The notes below the pieces were generated by a model. The model worked only from the letters and a program-made list of their open reading frames with translations. It was not told the DNA's origin and made no database searches. From assembly GCA_051439425.1 (NCBI GenBank), contig JBFRWD010000046.1, positions 1-46,010 of the forward strand: a stretch of DNA of 46,010 nt. The letters run 5' to 3'. Positions 1 to 9,330 of this stretch are shown here, piece after piece. Both the position numbers and the translations under genes were made by a program. Position 1 is the first letter of the stretch; the number at the start of each line of letters is the position of its first letter. Source of the DNA: Synechococcus sp. GTDB lineage: Bacteria > Cyanobacteriota > Cyanobacteriia > Thermostichales > PCC-7336.

Positions 1-536
1 TGTGAGGGCCCAATCCGTTCACTCCAGTGAGTCACAGGCTGTGATTGTAGAGTCTCAGTCAGTGAAAACCACTGAAAAAAGGGCGAGGTCTATGGCTTTG
101 ATGGTGGAAAGAAAGTTAAAGGGCGTAAGCGCCATGTCTTAGTCGATTCCCAAGGATTGGTGATTGGATTGCTGGTCACGGAAGCTAATGCTCCAAAGCG
201 CTTGGTGGATGAGTACAAGCAGAGGTTGACTCATCTGCGGGTGACTTGGGTGGACCAGGGATATTCTGGGCCCAAGTTTGCCCGGGCCATTCAGCAGCTT
301 TTGGGAGACCACGTGCAAGTGGAGGTTATTCAACGCTCGTCATCCCAATTTGAGCCGTTACCAAAACGATGGATTGTGGAGCGCACGTTTGGATGGTTGA
401 ATCGATTTTGCCGTCTCAGTAAGGATTACGAACTTCATTGCGAAGTCAGCGAATCCATGATTTTCACATCGCTATTACGCATTCTGCTGCGACGTTTGGC
501 TTAAAACTCTCTTTGTCTCTACTTTAGTATTAGCTC
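1..536 (+). mobile_element. IS5-family (IS1031-like) element, right part; probably defective transposase using a -1 frameshift
   Basis: Frame 2 reads ..IVESQSVKTTEKR, then an A6G slip site at 75-81 leads to frame 1 EVYGFDGGKKVKGRKRH...WVDQGYSG...KRWIVERTFGWL..RLSKDYE (stop 504). The right end ..TATTAGCTC (536) is followed by a TTA target. Confidence 0.85.
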
Positions 537-1154
537 TTAGCCACACAGGCCTACAATCTGGCGAAGGTGCTTGCATTCCCTTGCTTCAGTTAACAGAAAG
601 CGGGCTACTGCTGCGCGTGAAATGGAACCTCCACCATCGGGAAATGCCCCTACAGCTGTGCGATACTCTGTTGAGTTATTGCTGTTTAGAAAGCCTGTTC
701 GCACGATTGTCCAATCGAGGTTTGAAGTACGAATGGTCTCTTCCATCGTTTTCGCGCTTTGGGCATTGTGCTTGGCAATCCAATTTAATACGCGATCGGA
801 CAGCTTATCGCTGGGAAAGAGTAATGCAGTGGACATCACGATGAGCCTGGTTACTCCACTTTGCTGCATGGCTTCTACAATCGCTGTTGCAGATTCCGAG
901 TAGATTGCACATGCTGTTTTAGTTGGTTTTCGTGGCCCTAATGTAGAAATGACAATGTCGTGTTCAGGCAAAACTGCTTTTAGAGCATCTGAATTACATA
1001 CATTTGCTATGCGAACATTTAAATGCTTATGGGTGACATCTGCGAGCCTATCCTCTGTACGAACTAAGGCAGTAACAGTATCCCCCGCATCTAGTGCACG
1101 GCCAATGATTTGACGACCTGTTTTGCCATTTGCACCTAGTAAAGCAATTTTCAC
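537..1154 (-). CDS. NAD(P)-binding oxidoreductase (flavin/biliverdin reductase B-like), cassette-borne
   Basis: N-terminal Rossmann motif GANGKTG, DWTIVRTG and ISRAAVA motifs; lies directly downstream of an attC. Confidence 0.85.
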   Translation of the reverse strand: MKIALLGANGKTGRQIIGRALDAGDTVTALVRTEDRLADVTHKHLNVRIANVCNSDALKAVLPEHDIVISTLGPRKPTKTACAIYSESATAIVEAMQQSGVTRLIVMSTALLFPSDKLSDRVLNWIAKHNAQSAKTMEETIRTSNLDWTIVRTGFLNSNNSTEYRTAVGAFPDGGGSISRAAVARFLLTEARECKHLRQIVGLCG

Positions 1155-1202
1155 GTAAATCTCTTTAATAATCTTTTGAGGTTTTTGTTCGAATTCCCTA
1201 TC

Positions 1203-1265
1203 TCATAACGTCCCGCATCAGCGGCGTGACCAAAGGCCACGTCCAACGGCATGAGCTTGTTATAT
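1203..1265 (-). mobile_element. Integron attC site (63 bp)
   Basis: Minus strand: ATATAAC-AAGCT-CATGCCGTTGGACGTGGCC-TTT-GGTCACGCCGCTGATG-CGGGAC-GTTATGA. Imperfect hairpin with unpaired bases; the upstream gene's TAA stop lies inside the R'' box. Confidence 0.8.
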
Positions 1266-1522
1266 GACTTCATCTGGTCTTTCTGCAAAATGGAGTAACA
1301 CCCCGGCTGGATCCCAAACATGTGTTATCAATAATACCCAGGGCTAAGATCGGGGGCTGCGACTTTTGTGCCCTCGAATTTTTCAGCAAGTTTCACGGCA
1401 TTAAAATGGTCGTACCATTCTTGTGCCGAATTAACCATGAAATGAAGCATTAAACTATGTGCGTAGTTATTGTGTTTTTTTGGTAATAGTAGAAACCGAT
1501 ATCCAAAATTCGTATCAATTTC
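1260..1522 (-). pseudogene. Glyoxalase/VOC-family cassette gene, 5'-truncated and frameshifted
   Basis: Manual translation ..YAHSLMLHFMVNSAQEWYDHF..VAAPDL/PW..THVWDPAGVLLHFAERPDEVI*; frameshift near 1345; 5' end replaced by IS sequence. Confidence 0.7.
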
Positions 1523-1555
1523 CTAAGTACAGGACAAAAACTCAAGAGCCTGTAG

Positions 1556-2340
1556 CCTGATTGACTGACAAAAGATCTGATGAGTTCGGCTCAAGCCTTT
1601 ACAACGCAGAGATTCTAGTCGTTGAAGAAGCGCGAGGAATTGACGAAAGAGAGGGGAGGTAGCACTCTCAGACAAGAAACCACTCAAAGCCAAAAAGTGC
1701 CACAAAAAACTCCCCTCGCTACAATGCGTTGCAGACTTTGTTGAGGCAAGCCTGTCCTTGGGTGCATCTAGCTCATCTGACCACTTGTCTGTGGATGGTA
1801 ATTGCCTTACTCCAAACGGGTGAAAGCAACTCTCGCTGGCTGCCTTACATCCCCTGTCGAGGTCAATACGCCCAAAGCAAACAAAGACGCATCAGCCGCT
1901 GGCTCAACAATCCTCGCCTCAACATCCATCGACTCTACAAGTCCCTGATTCAGGCGGCTTTGGCTGATTGGAGCGAAGATTGCCTCTATCTGTGTCTGGA
2001 TACCTCGTTGTTCTGGGACGAATGCTGTCTCATCCGTTTGGCCGTTGTCCATCGCGGGCGAGCATTGCCAGTGGCTTGGAGAGTGCTGCACCACACCAGC
2101 GCTGCGGTGGCCTTCAGGGATTACCAACAGCTGCTTTGTGACGCAGCGGGTTGTTTGCCAGAAGGGGTGAAAGTGGTGCTGTTAGCCCACCGTGGCTTTA
2201 TCCACACTGACTTGATGAGAGCCCTGACGCTGCAATGGCGTTGGCACTATCGCATTCGCTTGAAAAGGATAGCTGGATTCAGCGGAATGGGCATGGATGG
2301 TGCCAGCTCCAAGACTTTCACTTTCAGTGGGGACAAGCGG
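1556..2340 (+). mobile_element. Truncated IS4-family element (left end plus N-terminal part of transposase)
   Basis: End-like CCTGATTGACTGACAAAA at 1556; motifs QRRISRWLNN, YLCLDTS, GRALPVAW, VVLLAHRGF, HYRIRLK; frameshift near 2265; similarity ends near 2340. Confidence 0.75.
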
Positions 2341-2421
2341 TCTGACTGCTCCAACTGGGTAAGCAGCTGGACAGACCTGTGGGTTGCTCTAGTATTGCTG
2401 TGTGTGTTGACAACTCGGCTT

Positions 2422-3690
2422 ATGTCTTTATCCCGCCGTCATTTTTTGGCCACTTCCGCGGCATTTGCCCTAGGAGCTTGTGCTGCTTCCAAGACAGTGT
2501 CCTCCTCAGGATCGAGCTCTAGTCAACAACTGACGTTTTGGACCATGCAACTCAAGCCGACATTTGATGAGTACATGGCCAATCTAATCGCTCAGTTCGA
2601 GCAGCAAAATCCTGGCGTGACGGTGGATTGGGTAGATGTGCCGTGGGGGGAGATGGAGAGCAAAATTTTGACGGCGATCGCCGCTCGTTCCGGCCCTGAT
2701 GTTGTCAATCTCAATCCGCAGTTTGCCACCAAGTTGGCGGAAAAAGATGCCTTGGTGAATCTGGCCAGTCTGGTGACCCAAGACGTTAAAGACAGCTACT
2801 TTCCTAACATCTGGAAGGCCAATCAATTGGGAGAGACCACCTTCGGGTTGCCATGGTACGTCGCCACAGATATTACGGCTTATAACCGGGAGCTATTCAA
2901 GGCCTCGGGTCTCAATCCGGAAAGCCCTCCCAGGACTTATCCGGAATTGGCAGCAGCAGCAGTGCAAATGAAAGCAGCCACTGACAAGTATGCTTTCATG
3001 CTGACGATGGACGGTGCACAAATGCTGGAGTCGATGGTGCAGATGGGGATGCAGTTGGTGACTCCGGAGGGGCAAGCAGGATTCGATACGGCAGAGGGAC
3101 GAGCTGCGTTTGACTATTGGGTGTCACTTTTTCAAGAGGGTGCGATTCCACGTGAAACGGTGACGGAGAGCCATCGTCGGGCAATCGAGCTGTATCAGGC
3201 GGGAGAACTTGGTATGTTGCTGACGGGGCCACAGTTGCTGCGGCAGGTGGCCGAAAACGCGCCCGATATTGCGGATATAACGGATATCGCCACTCAGATT
3301 TCTGGCCCCAACGGAATTCGCAGTGCCAGCGTGATGAATGTAGCCATTCCACAGCGATCGCCAAATGTAGAACTGGCTCTAAACTTCGCAACAATGCTGA
3401 CTAACAGCCAAAATCAATTGGAATTTTCCAAACTCGCCAATATTCTGCCGTCTACGATTGCCAGTGCAGAGGACCCATATTTCTCCGTCGAGGCGGATGG
3501 TCCACTGGATAAAGCACGTGTTGTCAGTGCCCAGCAGTTATCGTCTGCCGAAGTTCTGCTCCCTCCCATGGAAGGACTGGAAGAGCTGCGCAATACGATC
3601 TACAACGAGTTGCAGTTAGCCATGCTAGGGGATAAAGACGTCGATACAGCGGTTACAGCGGCAGCCGAGCGCTGGAATCGAATGGTCTAA
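2422..3690 (+). CDS. Sugar ABC transporter substrate-binding lipoprotein (Tat signal)
   Basis: SRRHFL twin-arginine motif and LGAC lipobox; FWTMQLKP, PDVVNLNP and LPWY motifs. The true start is ATG 2422 within the 653-aa ORF. Confidence 0.9.
   Translation: MSLSRRHFLATSAAFALGACAASKTVSSSGSSSSQQLTFWTMQLKPTFDEYMANLIAQFEQQNPGVTVDWVDVPWGEMESKILTAIAARSGPDVVNLNPQFATKLAEKDALVNLASLVTQDVKDSYFPNIWKANQLGETTFGLPWYVATDITAYNRELFKASGLNPESPPRTYPELAAAAVQMKAATDKYAFMLTMDGAQMLESMVQMGMQLVTPEGQAGFDTAEGRAAFDYWVSLFQEGAIPRETVTESHRRAIELYQAGELGMLLTGPQLLRQVAENAPDIADITDIATQISGPNGIRSASVMNVAIPQRSPNVELALNFATMLTNSQNQLEFSKLANILPSTIASAEDPYFSVEADGPLDKARVVSAQQLSSAEVLLPPMEGLEELRNTIYNELQLAMLGDKDVDTAVTAAAERWNRMV
2674..2681. repeat. 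HIP1 octamer GCGATCGC (one example of many across the core genes)
   Basis: Recurs throughout the window; a known cyanobacterial signature. Confidence 0.9.
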
Positions 3691-3932
3691 CTTGCTTTTC
3701 GAGTTTGCGATGGGAGACAAAATCTCTTGCAAATGCACTGTAGTCAGCCCAGAGAAAGACGACAGTGCTCGCGATTTACTGTCAGTTCAAAAGGTTGAGG
3801 CGAATTTCGAGGCTAGTGCTCTGTCGCGTTACGAAATGGAATGCCCGCTCCCTACCAGGCTGGCTGCACCGTATACCCAGCTGTCAGCGCTCAACGTAAG
3901 CCAGACAAAAGACTGTCTGATTTTGAGGTGAT

Positions 3933-4805
3933 ATGAACGATCGTGCTCGGTGGACTCCCTATCTATTTCTGCTACCCGCCGCGATCGTGCTGGGCTTGGT
4001 GTCCTTTTGGCCCGCGCTCCAAGCCATCTTTTTCAGCTTGACCAGTTACGATCTCCTGAGTCCTCCCCAATTCCGAGGACTGCAAAATTATGTCGAACTG
4101 TTCCAAGATCCGGTTTTCCTGCAAGCACTCGCCAATACCTTGACCTATCTGGTGGTAGCGGTACCACTTCTAATGTTATTGCCGCTGATCTTGGCAATTT
4201 TAGTCAACCAAAAACTAAGAGGAATTCACTCGTTTCGAGTGCTGTATTACCTGCCGGTTATCGTATCCACGGTGGTTGCCGGACTGGCGTGGAAATGGAT
4301 TTATGCCGAAACCGGATTGCTCAACTTTGTCCTCTCACTAGTTACGTTTCATCCCGTCCGGATTCCGTGGCTCACCGATCGCACGTTCGCCCTGTTCAGC
4401 ATTATTGCCATCACGGTGTGGAAGGGGTTGGGCTATTACATGACGATTTATTTGGCCGGATTGCAATCCATTCCCCCTAGCGTTTACGAAGCTGCCGCCA
4501 TCGACGGGTCGGACGGATGGGAACAACATTGGTCTATTACCTTACCGCTGATGCGTCCCTATTTATTTTTGGTCGGAATTCTGTCAGCGATCGCCGCGAT
4601 GAAAGTCTTTGAAGAAGTTTATGTCATCTCTCCAACAGGAGATCCGGCCAACAGTACAACCACTTTGGTGCTGTATCTGTACGAGCATGGGAGCCGGCTC
4701 AATGTTGGGTATGCCTCCGCCATCGGGGTGGTTTTGTTTGCGGTTGTATTGGGATTATCGCTATTCACCATCCGGTTGTTGGGATTGAGGGGGATAAAGC
4801 TGTGA
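3933..4805 (+). CDS. Carbohydrate ABC transporter permease
   Basis: Multiple TM helices; EAA loop YEAAAIDG. Confidence 0.92.
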   Translation: MNDRARWTPYLFLLPAAIVLGLVSFWPALQAIFFSLTSYDLLSPPQFRGLQNYVELFQDPVFLQALANTLTYLVVAVPLLMLLPLILAILVNQKLRGIHSFRVLYYLPVIVSTVVAGLAWKWIYAETGLLNFVLSLVTFHPVRIPWLTDRTFALFSIIAITVWKGLGYYMTIYLAGLQSIPPSVYEAAAIDGSDGWEQHWSITLPLMRPYLFLVGILSAIAAMKVFEEVYVISPTGDPANSTTTLVLYLYEHGSRLNVGYASAIGVVLFAVVLGLSLFTIRLLGLRGIKL

Positions 4806-5653
4806 CATTGCGCTATAGGCAGACTTGGTCTCGACAGGCATGGAAGAGCGCCATCCAATACGGCGTCTTAATTGCGATCGCTGTTGTCATGGTGGGCCCC
4901 ATTTTGTGGTTGTTCAGCACGGCATTAAAGTCTCCAACTGAAAATATCCTTGCTTACCCTCCACGCCTGATTCCCCTACAGCCCACCCTGCAAAACTTTG
5001 GGGCAGTTTGGCGAGACAATCCGTTCCCGATCTATCTGTGGAACAGTACTGTAGTTTCAGCGATCGCCGTTGTGTGTAATCTGCTGTTCTGCTCTTTGGC
5101 TGCCTATCCGCTGGCCCGCCTCACCTTTCGCGGTAAATCCCTAATTTTCTGGGCCATTATCGGCACCAGCACCATCCCTTTCCAAATCGCAATGATTCCT
5201 CTGTATGTACTGGCCGTGCAGTTGAATTTGCGCAACACCCACATAGGATTAGTGTTTCCTTATGCCACAACAGCCTTTGGCATTTTTCTGATGAGGCAGG
5301 CTTTCCAAACCGTACCGCAGGCGCTGGAGGAAGCTGCAACCATTGATGGGTGTTCGCCGTTTGGCATTTGGTGGCATGCCATGATTCCATCGGTGCGGCC
5401 TGCCTTAACTACGCTAGCGGTGTTTACTTTTGTGGGCATGTGGGGGGATTTTTTGTGGCCCTTACTCATGGTGGACGACCCTCAACTCGCTACCTTGCCA
5501 TTAGGAGTAGCAAATTTAGCGAGCGCGTTTTCAGCGGATTGGCGCAAGATCGCCGCCGGATCAGTCATCTCGATTTTGCCGGCACTAGCATTGTTCGCAG
5601 CCGTCCAGCAGTTCATCATTCCGTCTGATGCTGGTAGCGGTATCAAAGGGTGA
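4802..5653 (+). CDS. Carbohydrate ABC transporter permease
   Basis: EEAATIDG EAA loop, WGDFLWPL; GTGA overlap with previous gene. Confidence 0.92.
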   Translation: MTLRYRQTWSRQAWKSAIQYGVLIAIAVVMVGPILWLFSTALKSPTENILAYPPRLIPLQPTLQNFGAVWRDNPFPIYLWNSTVVSAIAVVCNLLFCSLAAYPLARLTFRGKSLIFWAIIGTSTIPFQIAMIPLYVLAVQLNLRNTHIGLVFPYATTAFGIFLMRQAFQTVPQALEEAATIDGCSPFGIWWHAMIPSVRPALTTLAVFTFVGMWGDFLWPLLMVDDPQLATLPLGVANLASAFSADWRKIAAGSVISILPALALFAAVQQFIIPSDAGSGIKG

Positions 5654-5727
5654 ATATTGCGTCGGCAATCTGCTATGGAGAGTTTCTTGAGCATTTTCCT
5701 TGCTAATCAAGAAATCAAACGGCCAGA

Positions 5728-5774
5728 CTTTACAGTGGATTGCTAAGTGTGGAGATCTGCAATCCGCTGTAAAG
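5728..5774. terminator. 16-bp inverted repeat between convergent genes (probable terminator)
   Basis: CTTTACAGTGGATTGC-15 nt-GCAATCCGCTGTAAAG. Confidence 0.6.
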
Positions 5775-5881
5775 CAATCGCAACAACCAATCACGCTAGA
5801 TGGCGTAGCCCCAGAGCGTTCTTCTTTGGGTAAGGGGGATGAGTACCGACATCCCTCAGAGCAAGCTGGAGGGGCGACCGT

Positions 5882-6595
5882 TTATTTTTGGCCAAACAGC
5901 TTCTGCCAAAAGTTTGGGGTCGATCGCTTATTGCCTGAACCTTTGCCAGGGTTGAGCAATTCTTCCAGTCGTTCCAGTTGAAGGTGACCGGAATAGGTAT
6001 CTTGTAACTCTCGCCATAGCTGGCGAGCATCTGCCGATCTCCCTTCATTGCTCCACAGCAGGCCAATCTGAGATTTTGCATCAATGACAGTCGTTTCGTC
6101 AGGGCTTAGTTGCAGGCATCGGTCTAGGGATGCTTCTGCTTGGATGGGATCTCGGCGGGCCAACGCTTTGCCTAAATACAAATGACCTAGGGCGCAGTTG
6201 GGAGAAAAACGAACGACATCGCGTGCCACTTCCTCTGCCTGTTTGCCGCTGCCCGATCCGCTCTCCGACATCTGCTGCAAGCGTTGCAATAGAGAAAGTA
6301 CGTGCTCGTCAATCTCCCTTGCCAATAACTGCTCGCACATGTAGATTTCCGCTTGCACCTGAAAAAAGCCCCGAGCCAGTCCGTCAGTGGTGCGAAACTC
6401 AGCCAAAGCCTCTTCATACTCTCGCTGCAGCAGCTTGGTGTATCCCAGTTCGTAATGGGGATAAGGTTCATCGGGAGCCATCGCGATCGCCGCGCGGAAA
6501 TTACTTTCTGCTTGGTCGTAGTCCGCCAGCTTGCCCGCTCGCATTCCCGCATCAAAATACTGCTGCCAAATTTCCGAGGTCACAAACCCACTCAC
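5882..6595 (-). CDS. Tetratricopeptide repeat protein
   Basis: TPR-like helices (AIAMAPDEPYPHYELG, SPNCALGHLYLGKAL). The start is likely GTG 6583 or 6595 rather than 6835. Confidence 0.7.
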   Translation of the reverse strand: MSGFVTSEIWQQYFDAGMRAGKLADYDQAESNFRAAIAMAPDEPYPHYELGYTKLLQREYEEALAEFRTTDGLARGFFQVQAEIYMCEQLLAREIDEHVLSLLQRLQQMSESGSGSGKQAEEVARDVVRFSPNCALGHLYLGKALARRDPIQAEASLDRCLQLSPDETTVIDAKSQIGLLWSNEGRSADARQLWRELQDTYSGHLQLERLEELLNPGKGSGNKRSTPNFWQKLFGQK

Positions 6596-6864
6596 AATCC
6601 TTTCGTCCTCATTGTGGCAGGGAAAATCGCCCTTTCTCTCAATTCCAGCCCTCCGCAGTCGGCAGGGCAAGAACAAAGACGAAGAAACCGATATGCAACA
6701 AACTGCACGGCGATCGGCTGGAACAATCGCAAGACACCAAGCACAGCGTTCGCCCTTCAGGAGCAGCATTTGCCCATAAAAAAGCGCCCCACTCAGAAAA
6801 GTAGGACGCAAGATATGGAGAACCTTTATCCCCATCGGGAGAGGAAAACCATTATGAGGGGGGG

Positions 6865-7240
6865 TTAGTACACACCAGACTCGCTGCTGGTGGCAGCATC
6901 ATTCACCTTTTGCAAAAACTCGGGGCGAAAGTTTTTGTTGTAAACGCCGTTTTCGCTGCTGGCAGAGTTAGCGTCTACTTTTTGTAGGAAGTCGGGGCGG
7001 AAGTTCTTGTTGTAAACGCCGTTTTCGCTGCTGGCAGAGTTAGCGTCTATTTTTTGCAGGAAGTCGGGGCGGAAGTTCTTACGTTCAACTCCAGACTTGC
7101 TGCTGGAGCCACGCTCTTCTAGGCGAGCTAAGGTTTCTAGAATTGATGCTTCAGCGGGGGCAGTAGGAGCGGCGGCGGCCACAACCGCAACCAGTGGCGA
7201 TCGTGAAGGTGGCGGAAGAAATAGTTTTGAAAGCGTTCAT
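6865..7240 (-). pseudogene. Small secreted protein with three 24-aa repeats; single-base frameshift in the signal peptide
   Basis: GGAG RBS and ATG 7240 give MNAFKTISSATFTIA; a shift near 7195 continues as LVAVVAAAAPTAPAEA-SILETLARLEE...(KNFRPDFLQKxDANSASSENGVYN)x3. Confidence 0.7.
6868..7080. repeat. 72-bp tandem repeat, about 3 copies
   Basis: TAAACGCCGTTTTCGCTGCTGGCAGAGTTAGCGTCTA at 6941 and 7013 (period 72). Confidence 0.9.
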
Positions 7241-7596
7241 GATGAAAATCTCCGTAGCCAGTGGAAGTAGTGAGTTCGTTTCCTTGACACTTCCTAGTAA
7301 ACGGTTGGCACCTGAGACCTCACCGAATCTCCCATCCATCTGCGCTAAGGGTTACGTGAACAGTTCCTCGCACCAATCTCAGACTCTTCTCAGTTCCAGT
7401 CAGCATCTAGGGCAATGTTCTGACTGAAATGAAAGACGCTATAAGCAGGCCGCCCCAACACTACGTACGTAGAAACGAGTAAATTCCTTGCTTTTTTGCG
7501 TAGGTCTACCCGTGTCTGTGGGAAGCCTAATCTCGTTGCCCAGACGGACACTGCCCAGACGGATATCGCAGCAGCTCCATAGCCCCTCGAACGTCA

Positions 7597-8853
7597 ATGT
7601 CGATTTCTACCTCCAGTGCTCGTATCCATACACAAATGACCGGCAAATCGGAGGCTGTTTCCCCCTCGCACGTAGCGGAATTTGATAATGCTGCGTCATT
7701 AGAATTAGCTCAATGTTTGATCGACATTGGCGTTGCACTGTCTTCCGAGCGCGATCTCGACACATTGCTCAACCGGATTGTTAAAGAAGCGCGGGCGCTG
7801 ACTCACGCAGAAGGAGGCAGTCTGTACTTGCGAAAGGGCGATCGCATCCGATTTGCCGTCTGTCAAAACGACTATCTCGGGACAGAAGCAACATCTCCAT
7901 CGCCATTGGATGCTGTGGAGTTTTCACTGGACCACAGCAGTATTGCCGGACATGTCATTCTGTCGGGTCAGCCCTTGAATTTAGACGATGCTTACTGTCT
8001 ACCTGCAGATGCCCCTTACAAATTCAACAAAGACTTTGATCGGCAAGCCAACTATAAAACGCACTCGGTTTTAACTGTGCCGTTGCGACGGGGAATCAAC
8101 GAAGTTGTGGGTGCCCTACAACTGATTAACTACCACCCCTGCGATTACTCGCACCCTCTGCCATTTCCAGACTTCACCGTTCGCTTGGCAGAGTCCTTGG
8201 CATCTCAGGCAACGGTTGCTTATAGCAATGTTTGCCTCACGGAAGAACTAAAATCTGCCCATTACGACACGATTTTTCGCCTGTCGCTAGCGGCAGAGTT
8301 TCGCGATAGCGAGACATCCAACCACCTCAAGCGCATGAGCCACTACTCGCGCATTATTGCTAAATATCTGGGACTATCGGAGTCGGAACAGGAGCTGATT
8401 TTCTACGCCAGCCCAATGCACGATATCGGCAAAATCGGCATTTCCGATAGCATCTTGCTCAAACCTGGACGGTTTACGTCTGAAGAGCGCAAGGTGATGG
8501 AAGCACACACCATAATCGGAGCCGAGATTCTGGCCAACTCCGATTCGCATTTGTTAAAAAAAAGTGAGGTGATCGCCCTCAGCCACCATGAAAAATTCGA
8601 TGGTTCGGGATATCCCCGCGGATTAAAGGGAGACGATATTCCTCTAGAAGGCAGAATCGTAGCATTGGCAGATGTCTTCGATGCCCTCAGCAGTAAGCGC
8701 GTTTATAAAGAGGCGTGGAGTCTGGATAAGGTTTACAACCTGGTGGAGCGTTCCAACGGCACTCATTTTGACCCGGATGTGGTGACAGCGTTGTATGCCG
8801 GTCAAGAGGAAATTCTCGACATCTACCATCAGTATCAAGATAGCGAGAGCTAA
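7597..8853 (+). CDS. GAF + HD-GYP c-di-GMP phosphodiesterase
   Basis: GAF region (FNKDFDRQANYKTHSVLTVPL); MHDIGKIG, HHEKFDGSGYP, ADVFDAL, HFDP motifs. Confidence 0.92.
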   Translation: MSISTSSARIHTQMTGKSEAVSPSHVAEFDNAASLELAQCLIDIGVALSSERDLDTLLNRIVKEARALTHAEGGSLYLRKGDRIRFAVCQNDYLGTEATSPSPLDAVEFSLDHSSIAGHVILSGQPLNLDDAYCLPADAPYKFNKDFDRQANYKTHSVLTVPLRRGINEVVGALQLINYHPCDYSHPLPFPDFTVRLAESLASQATVAYSNVCLTEELKSAHYDTIFRLSLAAEFRDSETSNHLKRMSHYSRIIAKYLGLSESEQELIFYASPMHDIGKIGISDSILLKPGRFTSEERKVMEAHTIIGAEILANSDSHLLKKSEVIALSHHEKFDGSGYPRGLKGDDIPLEGRIVALADVFDALSSKRVYKEAWSLDKVYNLVERSNGTHFDPDVVTALYAGQEEILDIYHQYQDSES

Positions 8854-9051
8854 CACTGGAGGGGAGCAAAATAAAGCTCTTGGCCAGTCAGGTCCAGACT
8901 GCTCGTTACGTGCCTAATCAGCACGAAGTACTGTGGCTACAGGCTTGCGATCCGATTTTCACATGGAACCAGCCCATGTTTTTAGCGCAGTGAATCCTCG
9001 GGGCTAAATACGATCCTTCGGAATTTTAATCGGGCGAGTCTTGAGGCTTTG

Positions 9052-9088
9052 AATGAGCATCCCCGCCCAAAGGACAGGGATGTTCATT
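9052..9088. terminator. Hairpin between convergent genes (terminator or REP-like)
   Basis: AATGAGCATCCC...GGGATGTTCATT. Confidence 0.4.
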
Positions 9089-9330
9089 TGTCTTGACTAT
9101 CCACTAGTTCGTCTGGACAGGATCGAATCGAAAATCGATGCACTTCGATACCGTGAGTTTCTAATGCCTGGATCTCCCGACACACAGAGCTATAGCTGAC
9201 TTTTAGGTACTGATTGACAAGATAAGCAACTGTGGTGGGCGTTTTGTCATAGGAAATCCTAGAGTGAGGTGAGAACCTGGAGAAAGGCTAGTGGCAATCT
9301 TCAAGCATGTCTGAGGGAGATCGAGAGTAT

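Noticed and set aside
1..504. Active IS5 transposase
   Set aside because: The first catalytic Asp appears as Glu (ESQSVK) and the central region looks shortened.
1729..3690. Apparent 653-aa transposase/substrate-binding protein fusion
   Set aside because: The open frame results from a frameshift in the dead transposase; the binding protein has its own Tat-lipoprotein start at 2422.
6868..7080. Tandem repeats as a possible CRISPR array
   Set aside because: No unique spacers, 72-bp in-frame period, coding pattern, no cas genes.
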